Part shown: one piece after another, positions 9,940 to 21,587 of the stretch
Layout of the letters: every line of letters starts with the position of its first letter
How positions within the stretch are numbered: the stretch's first letter is position 1
NCBI GenBank assembly: GCA_963693365.1
Contig: CAVNZM010000004.1
Span: 5,520,564-5,584,563 of the forward strand
Direction: 5' to 3'
Source: Amoebidium appalachense
Lineage: Eukaryota; Protista; Ichthyosporea
DNA: 64,000 bases
The notes under the pieces: generated by a model
The model's database searches: none
The model's input: only the letters and a program-made list of their open reading frames with translations
What the model was told of the DNA's origin: nothing
Made by a program: the position numbers and the translations under genes

Positions 9940-10220
9940 TTGCCGGGTTGCCGGGTTGCCGGGTTGTAAGTAGCAATCCACCCTGGGAGTATTTTAACCA
10001 TTTTTATTTTTTTCAAATCGTAAGATACAACCCTTCAACCTTTCAACCCAACAGTAAAACCATCAACACAAGCAAAAACTTATAGTAAAATGTCAATTCA
10101 AACCGTGTTTGGGTTGTTAGGTTGTAAGATACCCGCGGCCAAGCTAGTTGAATCAAGATAAAATTGTATGGTCAAAGATGTATTTGGGTTGCTAGAACGT
10201 GTTTGGGTTGCTAGGTTGTC
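9940..10220. other. Candidate replication origin: GGGTTG/CAACC iterons around an AT-rich core
   Basis: (CCGGGTTG)x3 at 9942-9966, CAACC cluster at 10028-10052, GGGTTG/GGTTG cluster at 10110-10218. Lies immediately 3' of the helicase stop. Confidence 0.35.
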
Positions 10221-11781
10221 AGATCCCCGAGGCACCTTGCTCCATAGCCTGACAGACATCTTTTGACAGACCCACCCGTTCAAAGGACACGATATAGCAA
10301 TACCGTGTCGCTGAATTGACCTTCGTTCCCACTGGTTTTCCCAGAATGGCACGAAGCGCACTACCAAACAGCTTTTGGCTTGGCCTCTGACTGCGCCCTG
10401 TAGCGTTCCGCTCATGCCACAAACGAAAGTAGTCGAACAATTCGCTGCTGGTGAAGCGTTGGCCATCAACTGGTCGGGGCCACTCCTCGCATCCATTGTC
10501 ACCCGTCACAAGGTCGCGCAGAAATTGCAGTTCGTCTGGGCGCCCAAGATCTGTCAACCGTGAACGAAGCTCGGTAGTTGGGGGGGTTGGCATCCGCTGG
10601 GGGACATCCGCTTCAGCCATCAGTTCGTCCAAAATCGCCTGGAGAACAGATGGATTGGAGTGTCGTTCCTTGAATTCGGCGAAGTATGCAAACTGCCCCT
10701 TTCTATCTGCTGAAGACTCAAAACAGGCCCATCGTCGGTCTCCCTCCTCTAGGTTTAGCGGGTGCGACTCGTTGCTGAGAATCACATAGCGCTCGCAACT
10801 CTCCACGGTAATGATGTCACAGCCCTTCTTTTCCATGAGGCCCGTGGTTTCCGTAACACGGGCCTTCATTTGGTTGATGATGTCAACATTGCCATGCCAA
10901 AACACCTCGTCACACACAATAAGCAGGCGGTTATTGAGGTGCGCATTGAAGTTCCCACCCACATGCTTTTTGTTTGTCACTGACACGTAGTAGTCGCGCC
11001 CGATGATATCACCCAGGACGTCAAAGAACACGTTTTTGCCCACACCTTGGACTGAGCGAAAAACAAGTGCAACTCCAGGTTTGATGTCGGGGTACTGAAA
11101 GAGCTGTGCAAGCCAGCGACGTGTGTAGAGGTAGGCTGCCTCGTCGTAATTGCACAACATGCGAAGATGGTCAAAAAACATGCTGGTTGCCGATTGGACA
11201 AGAGGTCGTGCAGGGTCGTGCACTATCTTGAGTCCACGGAAAATGTTGAAAGGACGGCCTTGCTTCATGACGTTTCGTGCACGACGCTTCCCTGTCCGTG
11301 GATCTGGGTCTGCCGGGTCAAACACGAAGCGCGAGTACTGCAAAATGTGGTCGCTCTCCATGAACCAGGTGCCCTTGTAGACGCGTGTGATGGGTCTGTT
11401 GCGCTCGAAAAACTCCATTCTGAAGAGGTACTTAGAGAGGCATTCTCGCGCGCTCTTCGGTGAGTGCAGCTCGATGACGTGCCGCTCAGTCCTGTGGTCG
11501 TAGTTCTTGAGAAGGTATTGTGATCCGCATTCGACAAAGGCCACGTTGCTCTGCAAAAAGCGAATGCAGTTCTCATAAGTCCATGAAATGCTCTGACACG
11601 TGCGTGGCTTGAAGCTCAGCCCAAACTGCGGTTCTGGGCTGCAGTCCTCGAATCGCTGAAACAAAGTCTCCTCGGACATGGGGGAGACCTCCAACAGGTG
11701 AAATATGGACGACATCGCTACTGGTGGCTTAGATAATATTTTTTGCCGGCCAGGGGCAGACTGAGCCATTTTTGCATGCAC
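10219..11781 (-). CDS. SF3 helicase, D5-like/DUF5906 primase-helicase family, lacking an obvious primase domain
   Basis: FNIFRG motif, WLAQLFQYPDIKPGVALVFRSVQGVGKN (Walker A), FNAHLNNRLLIVCDE (Walker B), ILSN (motif C), GDRRW (Arg finger) and a C-terminal wHTH-like region. TATA-like GGTATATAAA just upstream. Confidence 0.88.
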   Translation of the reverse strand: MHAKMAQSAPGRQKILSKPPVAMSSIFHLLEVSPMSEETLFQRFEDCSPEPQFGLSFKPRTCQSISWTYENCIRFLQSNVAFVECGSQYLLKNYDHRTERHVIELHSPKSARECLSKYLFRMEFFERNRPITRVYKGTWFMESDHILQYSRFVFDPADPDPRTGKRRARNVMKQGRPFNIFRGLKIVHDPARPLVQSATSMFFDHLRMLCNYDEAAYLYTRRWLAQLFQYPDIKPGVALVFRSVQGVGKNVFFDVLGDIIGRDYYVSVTNKKHVGGNFNAHLNNRLLIVCDEVFWHGNVDIINQMKARVTETTGLMEKKGCDIITVESCERYVILSNESHPLNLEEGDRRWACFESSADRKGQFAYFAEFKERHSNPSVLQAILDELMAEADVPQRMPTPPTTELRSRLTDLGRPDELQFLRDLVTGDNGCEEWPRPVDGQRFTSSELFDYFRLWHERNATGRSQRPSQKLFGSALRAILGKPVGTKVNSATRYCYIVSFERVGLSKDVCQAMEQGASGI

Positions 11782-12016
11782 GAGATTTTATATACCTTGC
11801 ACCCGGGGGTCGCGCTGGGGGGGCACGCGAGGCACGCGAGGCATGCACGGCCGGCGAGACGCAGCAGGCTCGCAGGACCACGGAACCCGATAGCCCGACC
11901 CAAAACTAGTGCGGGGCTTGGGGGGCTGGGGGTGGCACGCCAGGCACGCACGGCCCCAGGACAGCCCGGAGCAGCAGTAGCCGTTGGAAATTATTTTCTC
12001 CCCCCTCAATAACACC

Positions 12017-12277
12017 ATGTATCTGTGTACGTGCAAGACCCCCCAAGGCATCATGGTCCGCCCGTACAAGGTGTATCGGTGCACAGTCGACGGTTGCGGC
12101 TACTCCACCACCCGCAACAGCAACTTTGCGGCGCACAGCGACAGGCATGCGGGGATTCTGCGGCACGTGTGCGCGCATGCGGGGTGCGGGCGTCAGTTTC
12201 GGTATGCCTTGAGCCTCAAGCGGCACATGCAGCAGCACACCAAAGAACCGGGGAGCCCGAATCGGACCCGAAACTAG
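12017..12277 (+). CDS. Small two-finger C2H2 zinc-finger protein
   Basis: YRCTVDGCGYSTTRNSNFAAHSDRH and HVCAHAGCGRQFRYALSLKRHMQQH. Confidence 0.8.
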   Translation: MYLCTCKTPQGIMVRPYKVYRCTVDGCGYSTTRNSNFAAHSDRHAGILRHVCAHAGCGRQFRYALSLKRHMQQHTKEPGSPNRTRN

Positions 12278-12442
12278 CGCGGGTGGCTGGGAGGGGCACG
12301 CGAGGCACGCGAGGCACAGGAGGCACGCGTGGCACGTGCGCCACAGGAGCCCCTCCCAGCCACCCCCAGGCCCCCAGGCCCCCAGGCCCCAGCCCGGATG
12401 GGTGACCGAGGACGACAGATATGGACCCGACTCGGGGTGGGT

Positions 12443-13318
12443 TTATTGACGTGCCGCGGCGGCCCAGGTAGCAAACGCCGTGCGGCCATCCGCAAGCGCC
12501 TGCGCGACCTTCCCGGGGTCGACGTCCATGGGCGACGCAAACAGCCTCCGCTCCGGAGCGACCACCACGAGGCGGTCTCCGAGGCGGGTGCGGAGGTTGG
12601 CGAACTCGGTGGCCGCTAGCTCGGTGCCCGAGTCACGCTGCAGAGCATAGCAGAGCTCCATGCCCGTTTTTGGCACGGATTCTGCGGGGCAGTGCGCCAG
12701 CGAGTCGCACAGCACCGTGACGTAGATGCCGTCGAACCCATCTGCGGCATCCTCGAGTGCCTTGGTGAGGGGCACCAGCTCAGAGACCCCGCCGTCCAGA
12801 AACACGGTGCCGTCGTACTCGACGGGGGGGACCGCGAGTGGAAGGGCCGAAGACGCGCGCATGCCGACCTGGTACTCGGGCCCTGTGAACCACCGCTCCT
12901 TCTTGTTGAGGAAGTCCCAGGCGACGCAGTGACAGCGCGTGTAGATGTCCGCGTCGATGCCCTCCAGAAGCGCCGCCGCACGCTCCTGCAGGGTGAAGCG
13001 GCTGTACGCCGCCCCGTACAGCATTGACCCCACAACCGTCCTCCAGCTTTTCGGAAGCAGCGCCATTGCGCCGCCCCACGGTTCCACAATGTCCTCCACG
13101 CACTTCAGCTTCCCCAGCTCGCGCGCCAGGTCGTCCAGGCGGTCGGCAACCACGAACGGCGCCACCAGCGCGCCGACGGACGTGCCGTACACCCTGTCGA
13201 CCTGGTACAGCCCCGACGCGAGCATCCCCTGCATGAACCCGACTTGGAAGCAGCCCTTGACGCCGCCCCCGGGCAGCAGGATCCGCACACGTGTCCTGGC
13301 TTGGGAGGGTGTGTCCAT
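12443..13318 (-). CDS. Patatin-like phospholipase
   Basis: GGGVKG oxyanion loop, GTSVG nucleophile elbow, ASSALP and DGG catalytic motif, all intact. Intronless. Confidence 0.92.
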   Translation of the reverse strand: MDTPSQARTRVRILLPGGGVKGCFQVGFMQGMLASGLYQVDRVYGTSVGALVAPFVVADRLDDLARELGKLKCVEDIVEPWGGAMALLPKSWRTVVGSMLYGAAYSRFTLQERAAALLEGIDADIYTRCHCVAWDFLNKKERWFTGPEYQVGMRASSALPLAVPPVEYDGTVFLDGGVSELVPLTKALEDAADGFDGIYVTVLCDSLAHCPAESVPKTGMELCYALQRDSGTELAATEFANLRTRLGDRLVVVAPERRLFASPMDVDPGKVAQALADGRTAFATWAAAARQ

Positions 13319-13350
13319 GTTGATGTAGGGCGCGATAAGAGTTGACGGCT

Positions 13351-14217
13351 TCATTCCAAATCCAGGGCGTTGCACACCGAGACCAGGTTTGCCCTTGCGC
13401 AGTCCAGCACGAAGGCCGCCAGCTCGGAGTAGTCGTGGGGGGGCGGCTGGCTCTGCGCGGCCAGCAGCAGCGAGTGGTAGCGCTCGCGGGAGCTGCGGTC
13501 TGTGTACAACGAGAGGGGAACGGCAATATAGGGCGAGAGCAGCACGCTGACCAACAGACGGGCGACGCGCCCGTTGCCGTTGCTGAACGGGTGGATGTAG
13601 AGGAACTCCCCGAGGAAACGGGCGGCGACCTGTATGGCACCGAGAACGTCATTGCAGCCTTGGAGTTCGGTGCGTGTCCTTTCGAACAGACGCTTGAGAG
13701 CCTCTTCGATCTTGAACGGTGCAAGGTACTGATGACTGCAGCCTGCGGGAAGCGCAAAGCGCACCCGATACCGTCCAGCGCTATCGAGCAGCCCGTCCAT
13801 GACCTTGCGATGGACCTCCCTAGCGAGCTCCACCGTAAACGTGCCTGGATCAATCCCCTTCCAAACCCACGGTGTGGGGAACAGCTCGCGAACTGCTATA
13901 ACGACGTTTTTCAGTTTCTTCGATGAGCGCGTGTGTTCGGACATTTCATCGGGGCAGGAGATCAGCCTCTCAATATGTTCGACTGGGACCTTTTCGTTTA
14001 TTTCCAATTCCATCAGGTGCTTGATGTATAACACTAGGTGGTGCGTTGTGTATCCCTGCATGAACAAAGCGCTGCTCTTATCGTTATCCAAAAACGTGCG
14101 CACCAGGTGGAGGCAGCGCACAACAGCACCTTCGCTGAGTTGAGACATCACGGTGTTGAACCGACAGATAAAGTACCACAAACTATCAAAATCGACCTTT
14201 ACGTCACACGGCAACAA
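13351..14217 (-). CDS. Fic-domain protein (start codon uncertain)
   Basis: IHPFSNGNGRVARLL signature, preceded by EVHRKVMDGLLDSAGRYR. Confidence 0.9.
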   Translation of the reverse strand: MLPCDVKVDFDSLWYFICRFNTVMSQLSEGAVVRCLHLVRTFLDNDKSSALFMQGYTTHHLVLYIKHLMELEINEKVPVEHIERLISCPDEMSEHTRSSKKLKNVVIAVRELFPTPWVWKGIDPGTFTVELAREVHRKVMDGLLDSAGRYRVRFALPAGCSHQYLAPFKIEEALKRLFERTRTELQGCNDVLGAIQVAARFLGEFLYIHPFSNGNGRVARLLVSVLLSPYIAVPLSLYTDRSSRERYHSLLLAAQSQPPPHDYSELAAFVLDCARANLVSVCNALDLE

Positions 14218-14679
14218 CCCGGCCCATATCCACCTGCGCGTTCACCACCCTGTTCTCCTGCCCCCCGCCCCCTACCCAGTCCACCGATTTCTCCACAAAC
14301 CAGAGAGAACACGGCAGTGCCCATGAACGTTTGGCCCGTGATTTGCTAGAGAACAGCATCGCCGGTCCCCCCCATGTCTCCCGGAACCCAAGAGAACACC
14401 ATGGCATCCCCAACCATGTCTCCCGGATCCTTGGAGAACAGGTGCCGGGGGTGGACCCTGTTCGCCGATTGCTTTTTCCTAGGAGCGGGGCCTGGGGGGC
14501 ATGAGGGGCACGCGAGGCACGGAAGGCACAGTGGTCTCACGGGTCTGTGTGCCACAGGCGCCCCCCCCAGCCCCCCCCAGGCCCCCGGAACAGGCAACGC
14601 GGAACCACAACTTCGTTCCAAAGCAGCGCCAGATGTGCCAATAAACGGCCAAAGCAGCGCGCAGTTGGCTACCCCGCTA

Positions 14680-15030
14680 TTCGATCTGATTGGTCGAAAG
14701 CGTTCAAGATCCTGACCAAGGTTTCAGAATCTGTTTGTAATCGTTGAAAGGACTATTTCTTCGCGATTTCTATTAGAAATGTGACCGAATTGTTTATAAA
14801 ACTATCTTGAATATGAAATTAGGTATAAAACGTTTGATTTTATTCTTATGTTTGGTTCTAAGGGATAGAAGAGAAAAAGGCATCAGCTGTCATTGAAAAA
14901 TCTTGAAGCACTGGCATTGCCTGCTCTTCGCAGGATCTGATTGGATCTTGAATTGGGTGTGATCCAATCCCCAGCAGCCAATCGTGCAGTTTGGTGATCT
15001 GGATCTGAAAGCATTCTCCCAATCAAACGC
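14680..15030. promoter_or_regulatory. CCAAT-rich, AT-rich divergent promoter region
   Basis: CTGATTGG at ~14687 and 14937, CCAATC at ~14964, 14978 and 15019, GGTATAAAA at ~14822. Confidence 0.4.
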
Positions 15031-15221
15031 GTGACTGTAGGAGAAAGGATATCATTTCGTCAGCATCAGTTGGGAATTGGCTTCTAAGGGCACGGCACAG
15101 CTGATAGGGTGTCACTTTCACACACCTTCTGTAGTGTCAACATCAAAGGCTTTGAAGTCGCTTGTTAGGTCGCCTTTTACTGATTTTTCGCTTTGCACCC
15201 CCATTTCTACACACACACACC

Positions 15222-16085
15222 ATGGAACAAGTAGGCAAGCGCAGCTACAAATGGCTGACCGATCACCTTTTCACTAAGAACACCAAGGACAAATACATGG
15301 TCAAGTGCCGCGCTTGTGTCGCTGACATGCACAGCGACCAGATCCCCTCGCATGTGAAGGTGTGCAGGGAATTAAACCACTGCCAGGACGCCATCCTTGC
15401 CCTCGTCGCCGCAGAGAACGCCGTCGGGCCCGCGCGCGACAAGGTGCGTCCGTTGGTCACGGAGTTCGGGGGGTGCGCAGTGGCTGCACAGTCCGTCGTG
15501 CCGGGTCTGCGCCAGTACCTGCAGCAGCCTGGGCGCAACGTCGTGGGCGCGGCTAAGGCACGGGCGGTGGCGCAGGCGCTCCACGACATGGCAGAGGCGG
15601 CTCGGGCGGTTAAGGACGGGTATGTGGGTTTTTGGTCGGCGGAGGATGCTGTGGAGCGCAACAAGCAAGCGCTGCGCCATCGGATTGCCGAACGTGTCCA
15701 CCGCCGCCAGGGCGGGGAGGGGCCCGGCCAGTTCGCCTACGTTCCCCGCCCCCCCGGTTCTCCCCGTCCAAACCTCGTCCCCTTTGCGCTCACACCCGGG
15801 GAGCTTGCAAGTGGCAACGTGCTCCGGCAGTGCGAGATATTTCTGTTTGATCGAGTGCAGAGGGATCCGAAGTACCCTCCCGGGAAACGTATCGACTCGG
15901 ACGATGTGTGGGGGGCGGAGGAGAGAGACTCTGCTCTTGCGGCATCGATCGATGAGTGGGCGGTGGAGGTTCCCGTTTGGTGGGATGAGGGCAACCACTA
16001 TTTTGTTCAGGACATGGAGATGATTGAGCAGCGCCTGCGGGAGGGGTATGATTGGGTGATGAAGGTTGTTGCGGAGCTTGAGTGA
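15222..16085 (+). CDS. Hypothetical protein with N-terminal CxxC...HxxxC (BED-like) zinc finger
   Basis: MEQVGKRSYKWLTDHLF...KYMVKCRACVADMHSDQIPSHVKVC in a long GC3-biased ORF. Confidence 0.7.
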   Translation: MEQVGKRSYKWLTDHLFTKNTKDKYMVKCRACVADMHSDQIPSHVKVCRELNHCQDAILALVAAENAVGPARDKVRPLVTEFGGCAVAAQSVVPGLRQYLQQPGRNVVGAAKARAVAQALHDMAEAARAVKDGYVGFWSAEDAVERNKQALRHRIAERVHRRQGGEGPGQFAYVPRPPGSPRPNLVPFALTPGELASGNVLRQCEIFLFDRVQRDPKYPPGKRIDSDDVWGAEERDSALAASIDEWAVEVPVWWDEGNHYFVQDMEMIEQRLREGYDWVMKVVAELE

Positions 16086-16119
16086 GGGCTGAGGGGGGGG
16101 GGGGGGGGGGGTTGATGGG

Positions 16120-16293
16120 GTGGTGTTAGCATGAGCTAGATGGGGGTTGGTTTGATGGGATGGTGTTAGCATGAGCTAGATGGGGGTTGGTTTGATGGGA
16201 TGGTGTTAGCATGAGCTAGATGGGGGTTGGTTTGATGGGATGGTGTTAGCATGAGCTAGATGGGGGTTGGTTTGATGGGATGGTGTTAGCATG
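16120..16293. repeat. 40-bp tandem repeat, ~4.3 copies
   Basis: GGTGTTAGCATGAGCTAGATGGGGGTTGGTTTGATGGGAT repeated. Confidence 0.95.
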
Positions 16294-17148
16294 GGAGGGC
16301 TTGGAAGTTGTTTGATGTGCTCTGTGTAGGGGGAGGGGTGGGGAGTGTTTTCGTGCCCTGCCCCGGAGTCTTGGCTTTCTTCTGCGTTGGGGGCGGCGGT
16401 TTGACTGCGGTAGGCTTCTTGGTGTCACGTGTCAGTTTGCTTTCATTGTCCGAGAGTACAGGGTAGTCGTCAAATTCGCCCGCCATGGTTGAAGAGATTC
16501 TTGAAAGATGTGAGATTCTGGAACTGCGCGGTCGCCAATGTAAACAGTTGAACTAGTTGGGATAAGGCAGAGAACAACTGAATCAGAATAAAGACAGAGA
16601 ACGGGTAGTAAGGCACACGCGGCCAGGTTACTATTTAATGTGCTCGTTCAGAGTGATCCCCCGTACTGGGACGGCTTGTTTATATAGCCCCCAGGTTCCG
16701 GATCATCTGGATGGGTGGCATTGATGCCTTCGTGACTTCTGACCAGTCAGAAGAGTGCGGTCGTCTTTATGTGCACACAGTGCACCAATAACATGAAGCT
16801 AACTAAAAGGATAACTTTGTGGCAAATGATTGGTCAATACTTAAGCCCGTTTAGGTTTATGCAACTGGGTCTGATTTCCTTATTGGTTCCGTTCGTTTAG
16901 CTATAGATGTCGCCTCCGTAGTGGATGAGACTTGCATTCCTATCCTAGCGGTTCTCGAATTCTATTGGTTCATACTGACTGCACGGCCACTGCATATTGC
17001 CGGCGCCGCGGCTCAGTCGTGAGCCGCAGCCCGCGGCTGTCGCGTGTGATATTGATCTGATCATATGTACACAATATCTACGTGATCACTATGATATGTA
17101 CAGTATATTCGTAATAGTAAACATGTACGGCGTGTACAGATGTTTACA
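16286..17148 (-). mobile_element. Truncated LTR retrotransposon: 5' LTR (16539-17148), PBS and start of a gag-position ORF (16286-16486)
   Basis: TGTAAACA...TGTTTACA ends. The first ~170 bp and the end are similar to the LTRs at 24674/27777, with the same PBS (CGCGGTCGCCA). No second LTR in the window. Confidence 0.8.
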
Positions 17149-19828
17149 CCCTGTTAGCCAATGACCAGTCCCCAATGCAGGCACCCATTGGCAATCAAAT
17201 TACAGGAGGATGGCAAACCAAGGAGGCTAATTTTAAATGCATTCCACAGACGCGTCGGCGCCTAGGCGCCCATAGCTGTCAGCCCGTCGGCGTCCTCAAC
17301 ACCCGCCTGCCGCCCCTGTTAGCCAATGACGAGTCCCCGATGCAGGCACCCAATCAAATTACGGGAGGATGGCAAACCAAGGAGGCTGGCGAATTTTTTA
17401 GTGCATTCCACGGACGCGGACGCGCGTATGCGCCGATAACTGTCAGCCCGTCGGCGCCCTTAGCGACCCCCCTGCAGCCCCTGTTAGCCTATCACAAGTG
17501 CCCAATGCAGGCACCCAATCAAATTACAGGAGGATGGCAAACCAAGGAGGCTGGCAAAAATTTTAATGCATTCCACAGACGCGTCGGCGCCTAGGTGCCG
17601 ATAACTGTCAGCCCGCCGGCGTCCTCAACACCCGCCTGCCGCCCCTGTTAGCCAATGACGAGTCCCCACTGCAGGCACCCAATCAAATAACAGGGGGATG
17701 GCCAACCAAGGAGGCTGGCAAGATTTTTAGCACATTCCACGGACGTGTCGGCGCCTAGGCGCCGATAACTGTTAGCCCATCGGCGCCCTTAACGACCCCC
17801 CTGCCGCCCCTGTTAGCCAATGACGAGTCCCCAAACCAGGCTCCCAATCAAATTACGGGAGGATGGCAAACCAAGGACACTGACAAAAAAATTTTTTTCA
17901 TACCACGGACGCGCCGGTGCCTAGGCGTCGATAAGTGTCAGCCCGTCGGCGCTCTTACCGACCACCCTGCCGGCTCTGTTAGCCAATGACGAGTCCCCAA
18001 TGCAGGCACCAATCAAATTACGGGAGGATGGCAAACCAAGGAGACTGGCAAGATTTTTAGTTCATTCCACGGACGCGCCGGCCCGGGCGCCTAGGCGTCG
18101 ATAAGTGTCAGCCCGTCGGTGCTCTTACCGACCCCCCTGCCGGCTCTGTTAGCCAATGACGGATCCCCAATGCAGGCACCAATCAAATTACGGGAGGATG
18201 GCAATCCAAGGAGACTGGCAAGATTTTTAGTTCATTCCACGGACGCGCAGGCGCCGATAAGTGTCAGCCCCTCGGCGCTCTTACCGACCCCCCTGCCGGC
18301 TCTGTTAGCCAATGACGAGTCCCCAATGCAGGCACCAATCAAATTACAGGAAGATGGCCAACCAAGGAGGCTGAAGAGTTTTAGTGCATTCCACGGACGC
18401 GTCGGCGCCTAGGCGCCGATAAGTGTCAGCCCGTCGGCGCCCTTACCGACCCCCCTTCCGCCCCTGTTCGCCAATGACGAGTCCCCAATGCAGGCACCCA
18501 AGCAAATTACAGGAGGATGGCAAAACAAGGAGACTGGCAAGATTATTACTTCATTCCACGGACGCGCCGGCGCCTAGGCGTCGATAAGTGTCAGCCCGTC
18601 GGCGCTCTTACCGACTCCCCTGCCGGCTCTGTTGGCCAATGACGAGTCCCCAATGCAGGCACCAATCAAATTACGGGAGGATGGCAAATCAAGGAGATTG
18701 GCAAGATTTTTAGTTCATTCCACGGACACGCCGGCCTGGGCGCCTAGGCGTCGATAAGTGTCAGCCCGTCGGCGCTCTTACCGACCCCCCTGCCGGCTCT
18801 GTTAGCCAATGACGAGTCCCCAATGCAGGCACGAATCAAATTACGGGAGGATGGCAAACCAAGGAGACTGGCAAGGTTTTTAGTTCATTCCACGGACGCG
18901 CAGGCGCCGATAAGTGTCAGCCCGTCGGTGCTCTTACCGACCCCCCTGCCGGCTCTGTTAGCCAATGACGAGTCCCCAATGCAGGCACCAATCAAATTAC
19001 AGGAGGATGGCCAACCAAGGAGGCTGGCAAGAGTTTTAGTGCATTCCATGGACGTGTCGGCGCCGGCGCCTAGGAGCCGATAAGTGTCAGCCCGTTGGCG
19101 CCCTTACCGACCCCCCTGCCGCCCCTGTTAGCCAATGACGAGTCCCCAATGCAGGCACCTAATCAAATTACAGGAGTATGGCAAACCAAGGTGGCTGGCA
19201 AGGATTTTAGTGCATTTAGTAACGGACACGTCCGCGCCTAGGCGCTGATAACTGTCAGCCCCACCCGTCGGCGCCCTTACCGACCCCCCTGCCGCCCCTG
19301 TTAGCCAATGATGAGTCCCCAATGCAGGCACCCAATCAAATCACAGAATGATGGCAAACCAAGGAGGCTGGCAAAAACTTTAGTGCATCCCACAGACGTG
19401 TCGTGCCTAGGCGCCGATCACTGTCAGGCCGTCGGTGCCCTTACCACCGGCGTGCCGCCCCTGTTCGCCAATGACGAGTCCCCAATCAAATTACAGGAGG
19501 ATGGCAAACCAAGGAGGCTGGCAAATTTTTTTGTGCATTCCACGGACGCTTCCCCGCCAATATTAACTGCCAGCCTGTCGGCGTCCCTCCCACCCGCTTG
19601 CCGCCCCTGTTAGCCAATGACGAGTCCCCAATGCAGGCACCCAATCAAATTACAGGAGGATGGCCAACCAAGGAGGGTGGCATAATTTTTGGCGCATTCC
19701 ACCGACGCGTCGGCGCCTAGGCGCCAATAACTGTCAGGCCGTCGTCACCCTTACCACCCGCCTGCGGCCCTTTTAGAAAATGGCGATTCCCCAATGCAGG
19801 CACGCAATTAAATTACAGGAGGATGGCA
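17149..19828. repeat. ~165-bp satellite, ~17 copies (partial copy resumes at 21588-21740)
   Basis: CTGTTAGCCAATGACGAGTCCCCAATGCAGGCACC...GGCGCCTAGGCGCC recurs every ~155-170 bp. Confidence 0.95.

Positions 19829-21587
<1,759 letters not shown>

Larger units (their letters stand above)
11815..14600. repeat. Dispersed GC-rich direct repeats with 9-bp GGCACGCGA units (11815-11960, 12262-12395, 14495-14595)
   Basis: GGCACGCGAGGCAC arrays. The last two copies share the tail GCCACAGG(A/C)GCCCC...CCCCAGGCCCCC. The first two share GACCC(A/G)AAACTAG(T/C)GCGGG. Confidence 0.75.

Noticed and set aside
9892-10016. N-terminal extension of the zinc-finger ORF (MKKIKMVKIL...FFFLFFF)
   Set aside because: Reads through A/T runs and repeats. 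The real start appears to be ATG 9891 in another frame.
12780-13926. Long alternative-frame and antisense ORFs over patatin and Fic
   Set aside because: Shadow ORFs of GC-rich genes with no motifs.
650-16110. Calling the island a complete Polinton, virophage or giant virus
   Set aside because: No pPolB, capsid, packaging ATPase, protease, integrase or TIR/TSD is recognisable in this window.
17175-19613. Repeated ORFs (MQAPIKL...)
   Set aside because: Translations of satellite monomers.
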